From an uncultured Acidobacteriota bacterium (GTDB lineage: Bacteria > Acidobacteriota > Terriglobia > Terriglobales > Acidobacteriaceae): DNA of 64,000 nucleotides. The DNA is taken from contig CAVWLS010000016.1 in assembly GCA_963755975.1 (NCBI GenBank), positions 5,965 through 69,964 on the forward strand, given 5' to 3'. Shown here in pieces: positions 62,063-64,000 of the stretch (the first letter of the stretch is position 1; each line of letters starts with the position of its first letter). The notes beneath the pieces are model-generated. The model saw nothing but the letters and a program-made list of their open reading frames with translations. It had not been told where the DNA came from and searched no databases. Made by a program: the position numbers and the translations under genes.

Positions 62063-62803
62063 CTAAGGCTTCGCGTCCACAATTCTGAAGTGGATTGGCC
62101 GCTTGCGGGCTGCGGCCGCGCTCAACGGCGCCGCTGACAGACTGGCTGGAACACACTTTCCCTGTCTGCGAAAGGCATCTCCGATCTCGGCTCTGCCCTG
62201 CGCCGCAGCAGCCGAAGATGCCGAGGATGCTGAAGCAGCCGCGGCTGGCGACTGAAGCGGACCTGCGATAACACGGTAGTGATGTCCCCCGCGCACGGGC
62301 AGGGCAGCAGGTAGAACTGCCGCTGGAGCGGGAGCTGCAACGGGAGCTGGGATCGGCATGGGTGCTGCAGCCTGGAACTCGGCCGATACAACTGAGGGGG
62401 CACAGCTTGTGGGGCTAATGGCGGGTTTTTTGCTCCTTGGCAATTGGGGCCTCTGACGGCGTTCAGCCAATTCTTTGAGCCGCTCGTCCGTGCGTTGCCG
62501 GAGCATGAGCTCCAACGTCATGGAATCCAAATCGAGTCCAATCTTCTGGTCTTTGAATTCTTTGTTAAGCGCCTTGCGCACGGCTAGCCTCTTTCGACAG
62601 CTCAGTGCGCAACAAGGAGTTCCCGGATCCGGGTCATTCTTAAGACGGGCATAGGCATCCACGTTCTTTTGTCGAGCCGCATTCAACGTGCGTTCAAGTG
62701 CATCCCTCTCATCGGGTTCGCCATAGTTGCTGGCCCCGATGCTCTTACCTTCAGGACTACTGGAAAGGCCAATCCATGCGTTATTTAGCGTTTCGTTTAG
62801 CAA
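62063..62803 (-). CDS. Hypothetical protein (helical N-terminal half, Ala/Pro-rich C-terminal half), last gene of the hcp-led cluster
   Basis: 246-aa ORF. Its TTG start overlaps the stop of the upstream ORF (ttgctaa). No family recognised. Confidence 0.5.
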   Translation of the reverse strand: MLNETLNNAWIGLSSSPEGKSIGASNYGEPDERDALERTLNAARQKNVDAYARLKNDPDPGTPCCALSCRKRLAVRKALNKEFKDQKIGLDLDSMTLELMLRQRTDERLKELAERRQRPQLPRSKKPAISPTSCAPSVVSAEFQAAAPMPIPAPVAAPAPAAVLPAALPVRGGHHYRVIAGPLQSPAAAASASSASSAAAAQGRAEIGDAFRRQGKCVPASLSAAPLSAAAARKRPIHFRIVDAKP

Positions 62804-63114
62804 CTCGATATAGCAACGTCGAACGAATGCACTCCCAGCTGCCCTAGCTGCGCTACCGCATTAATATTCAAGTTGGTTCCGGTACTGAAATCGCGGCCAT
62901 CCATAAACGAATACAGATGAGTTGCGCGTTCGTCATCGGTGCGAAGCCAGCCGGGGAAAAAGTCCCGGGCATGGCGTCCCAGTCCTGGGTTCAGGACGCG
63001 GACCATCTGGAGAAATTCCAGTTTTCGTGTCCACGCGGCTCCCCGTTCCTGTTGACAATATGCATAAAACTTGCCGAAAGCGTTTTGTGATCCGAGGACT
63101 TCATCGATAAACAT
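62797..63114 (-). CDS. Hypothetical protein immediately downstream of hcp
   Basis: 105-aa ATG ORF (MFIDEVLGSQNAFGKFYAYCQQERGAAWTRKLEFLQMVRVL..), 98 nt after the hcp stop. No family recognised. Confidence 0.5.
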   Translation of the reverse strand: MFIDEVLGSQNAFGKFYAYCQQERGAAWTRKLEFLQMVRVLNPGLGRHARDFFPGWLRTDDERATHLYSFMDGRDFSTGTNLNINAVAQLGQLGVHSFDVAISSC

Positions 63115-63212
63115 ACCTTGCTCTCCTGTATAGGGCTTTATCAGGCAGCGCCTCTTCGGGGAGAGCGCACGCCGGGTTGTTTCAGATCGCCTCCGCGCGG
63201 CGCCGAAGCAGC

Positions 63213-63688
63213 TTACGAGAGCTTGTTTTCTTTCGTGCTATAAGTGACCGGGCCAATGCTCTTGAGATTGCCGTTTTCGTCCTGCACGGAGTAGTCAATC
63301 TTGATCTCGTTATAGGAGAACGAAATGCTGACCGTAGGAATCTCGCTTGTTCCAGAAATCTGCAGGCTGCTAACAAACAGCTCCTTGAAGTCGACCTTCA
63401 AGTAAGGCTTGCCATCGGCGTCCGACTTGATCGCGCTCATCATGCCGGTCTTGATATGGGTACCCGCCCCGATCGACTTGAAGAACTTTGGCGTGGCCTT
63501 GTCGAAATAGGAAATGATGCTGAAATCGGACAGATCGGCCTTGCCGCGCCCGATCCGCCTGTGCCGGCGACCGAGGAAACCTGGGACGCGCCCCAGCTCC
63601 AGCTCATGATTTGTATTTCGTTCTTGTGGTTTGTGTCCTGGGATTCGCCTTCAATCCCGTCGAGTTTCAGAAAATAATCAACTGCCAT
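63213..63688 (-). pseudogene. hcp: Type VI secretion tube protein Hcp, single-base frameshift near 63548 (possibly a sequencing artefact)
   Basis: MAVDYFLKLDGIEGESQDTNHKNEIQIMSWSWGASQ..GGSGA, then a shift; the restored frame reads GKADLSDFSIISYFDKATPKFFKSIGAGTHIKTGMMSAIKSD.. and continues as ORF 63213..63443. AAGGAG lies 8 nt upstream of the ATG. Confidence 0.85.
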
Positions 63689-64000
63689 TGCAAGCTCCTT
63701 TTCGCATGTGCCAGGAGTCTCGCTCCTCGGCGGCGCAAACCCACCGTAGGAAATTCACCCGCCCAATGTCGTTTGAGATCGATTGGATTTATGTTGGACC
63801 GTCGCCCGCCAATGGTTTTAGAGAGTTAACTGGGAATGCTTGGAAAGCAGGAATCGGACACTGCCTGAGATGCGGCCTCCTCCGCAGGGCCAGGGTCCAC
63901 AGAACGCCCGATGTTGGCGTGCTGGGTGGGAGACCGAGTGCAGCGCAGGCAAAACGACCTTTTTTCGATGGGCGGGCAGGCAAAGCCGTGCCTTTTTCTA

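Noticed and set aside
63689-63720. A sigma-54 promoter upstream of hcp, because of a TGGCAC motif (reverse complement of gtgcca at about 63703-63708).
   Set aside because: The expected TTGC element 5 nt downstream is absent (the sequence there is aaaag). The motif also sits only about 20 nt from the ATG and overlaps the ribosome-binding region.

Overview
This is a high-GC bacterial chromosomal segment. It is probably from Acidobacteriota, an inference based on three secreted VWFA-related proteins of the Acidobacterial type, a DUF2961 protein, FG-GAP and Ig-like giant proteins, and characteristic REP-like intergenic elements.

Layout:
- 0-5.9 kb: a conserved housekeeping cluster, ispE, tRNA-Gln, prs, rplY, pth, rpsF, rpsR, rplI.
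- 5.9-28 kb: a 1337-aa membrane protein, two glycosyltransferase-type genes, parDE, ligA, envelope and secreted proteins, mog and a TonB-like gene.
- 28-64 kb: a mosaic of core genes (miaA, bcp, purA, peptidases, an oxidoreductase, a PAS kinase with response regulator) and lower-GC accessory patches.

Most unusual observations:
1. A solo TIR-GGDEF fusion gene.
2. A 1.3-kb strongly C-depleted, one-strand-hypermutated amidohydrolase relic, bracketed by a direct repeat of the 3' end of a DNA glycosylase gene.
3. An orphan ligA 3' fragment displaced by a DnaQ-exonuclease/BRCT gene.
4. An orphan T6SS hcp followed by two unknown genes.
5. A family of heptamer-phased tandem repeats at many gene 3' ends, one copy of which lies in frame inside ispE.
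6. About 16 reading frames broken by frameshifts or single in-frame stops. At least two of the breaks (purA, hcp) lie in short G runs, so assembly error is a serious alternative to real gene decay.

No rRNA, CRISPR array, integrase or intact transposase was seen. All calls come from reading the sequence and the ORF track only; no searches were run.
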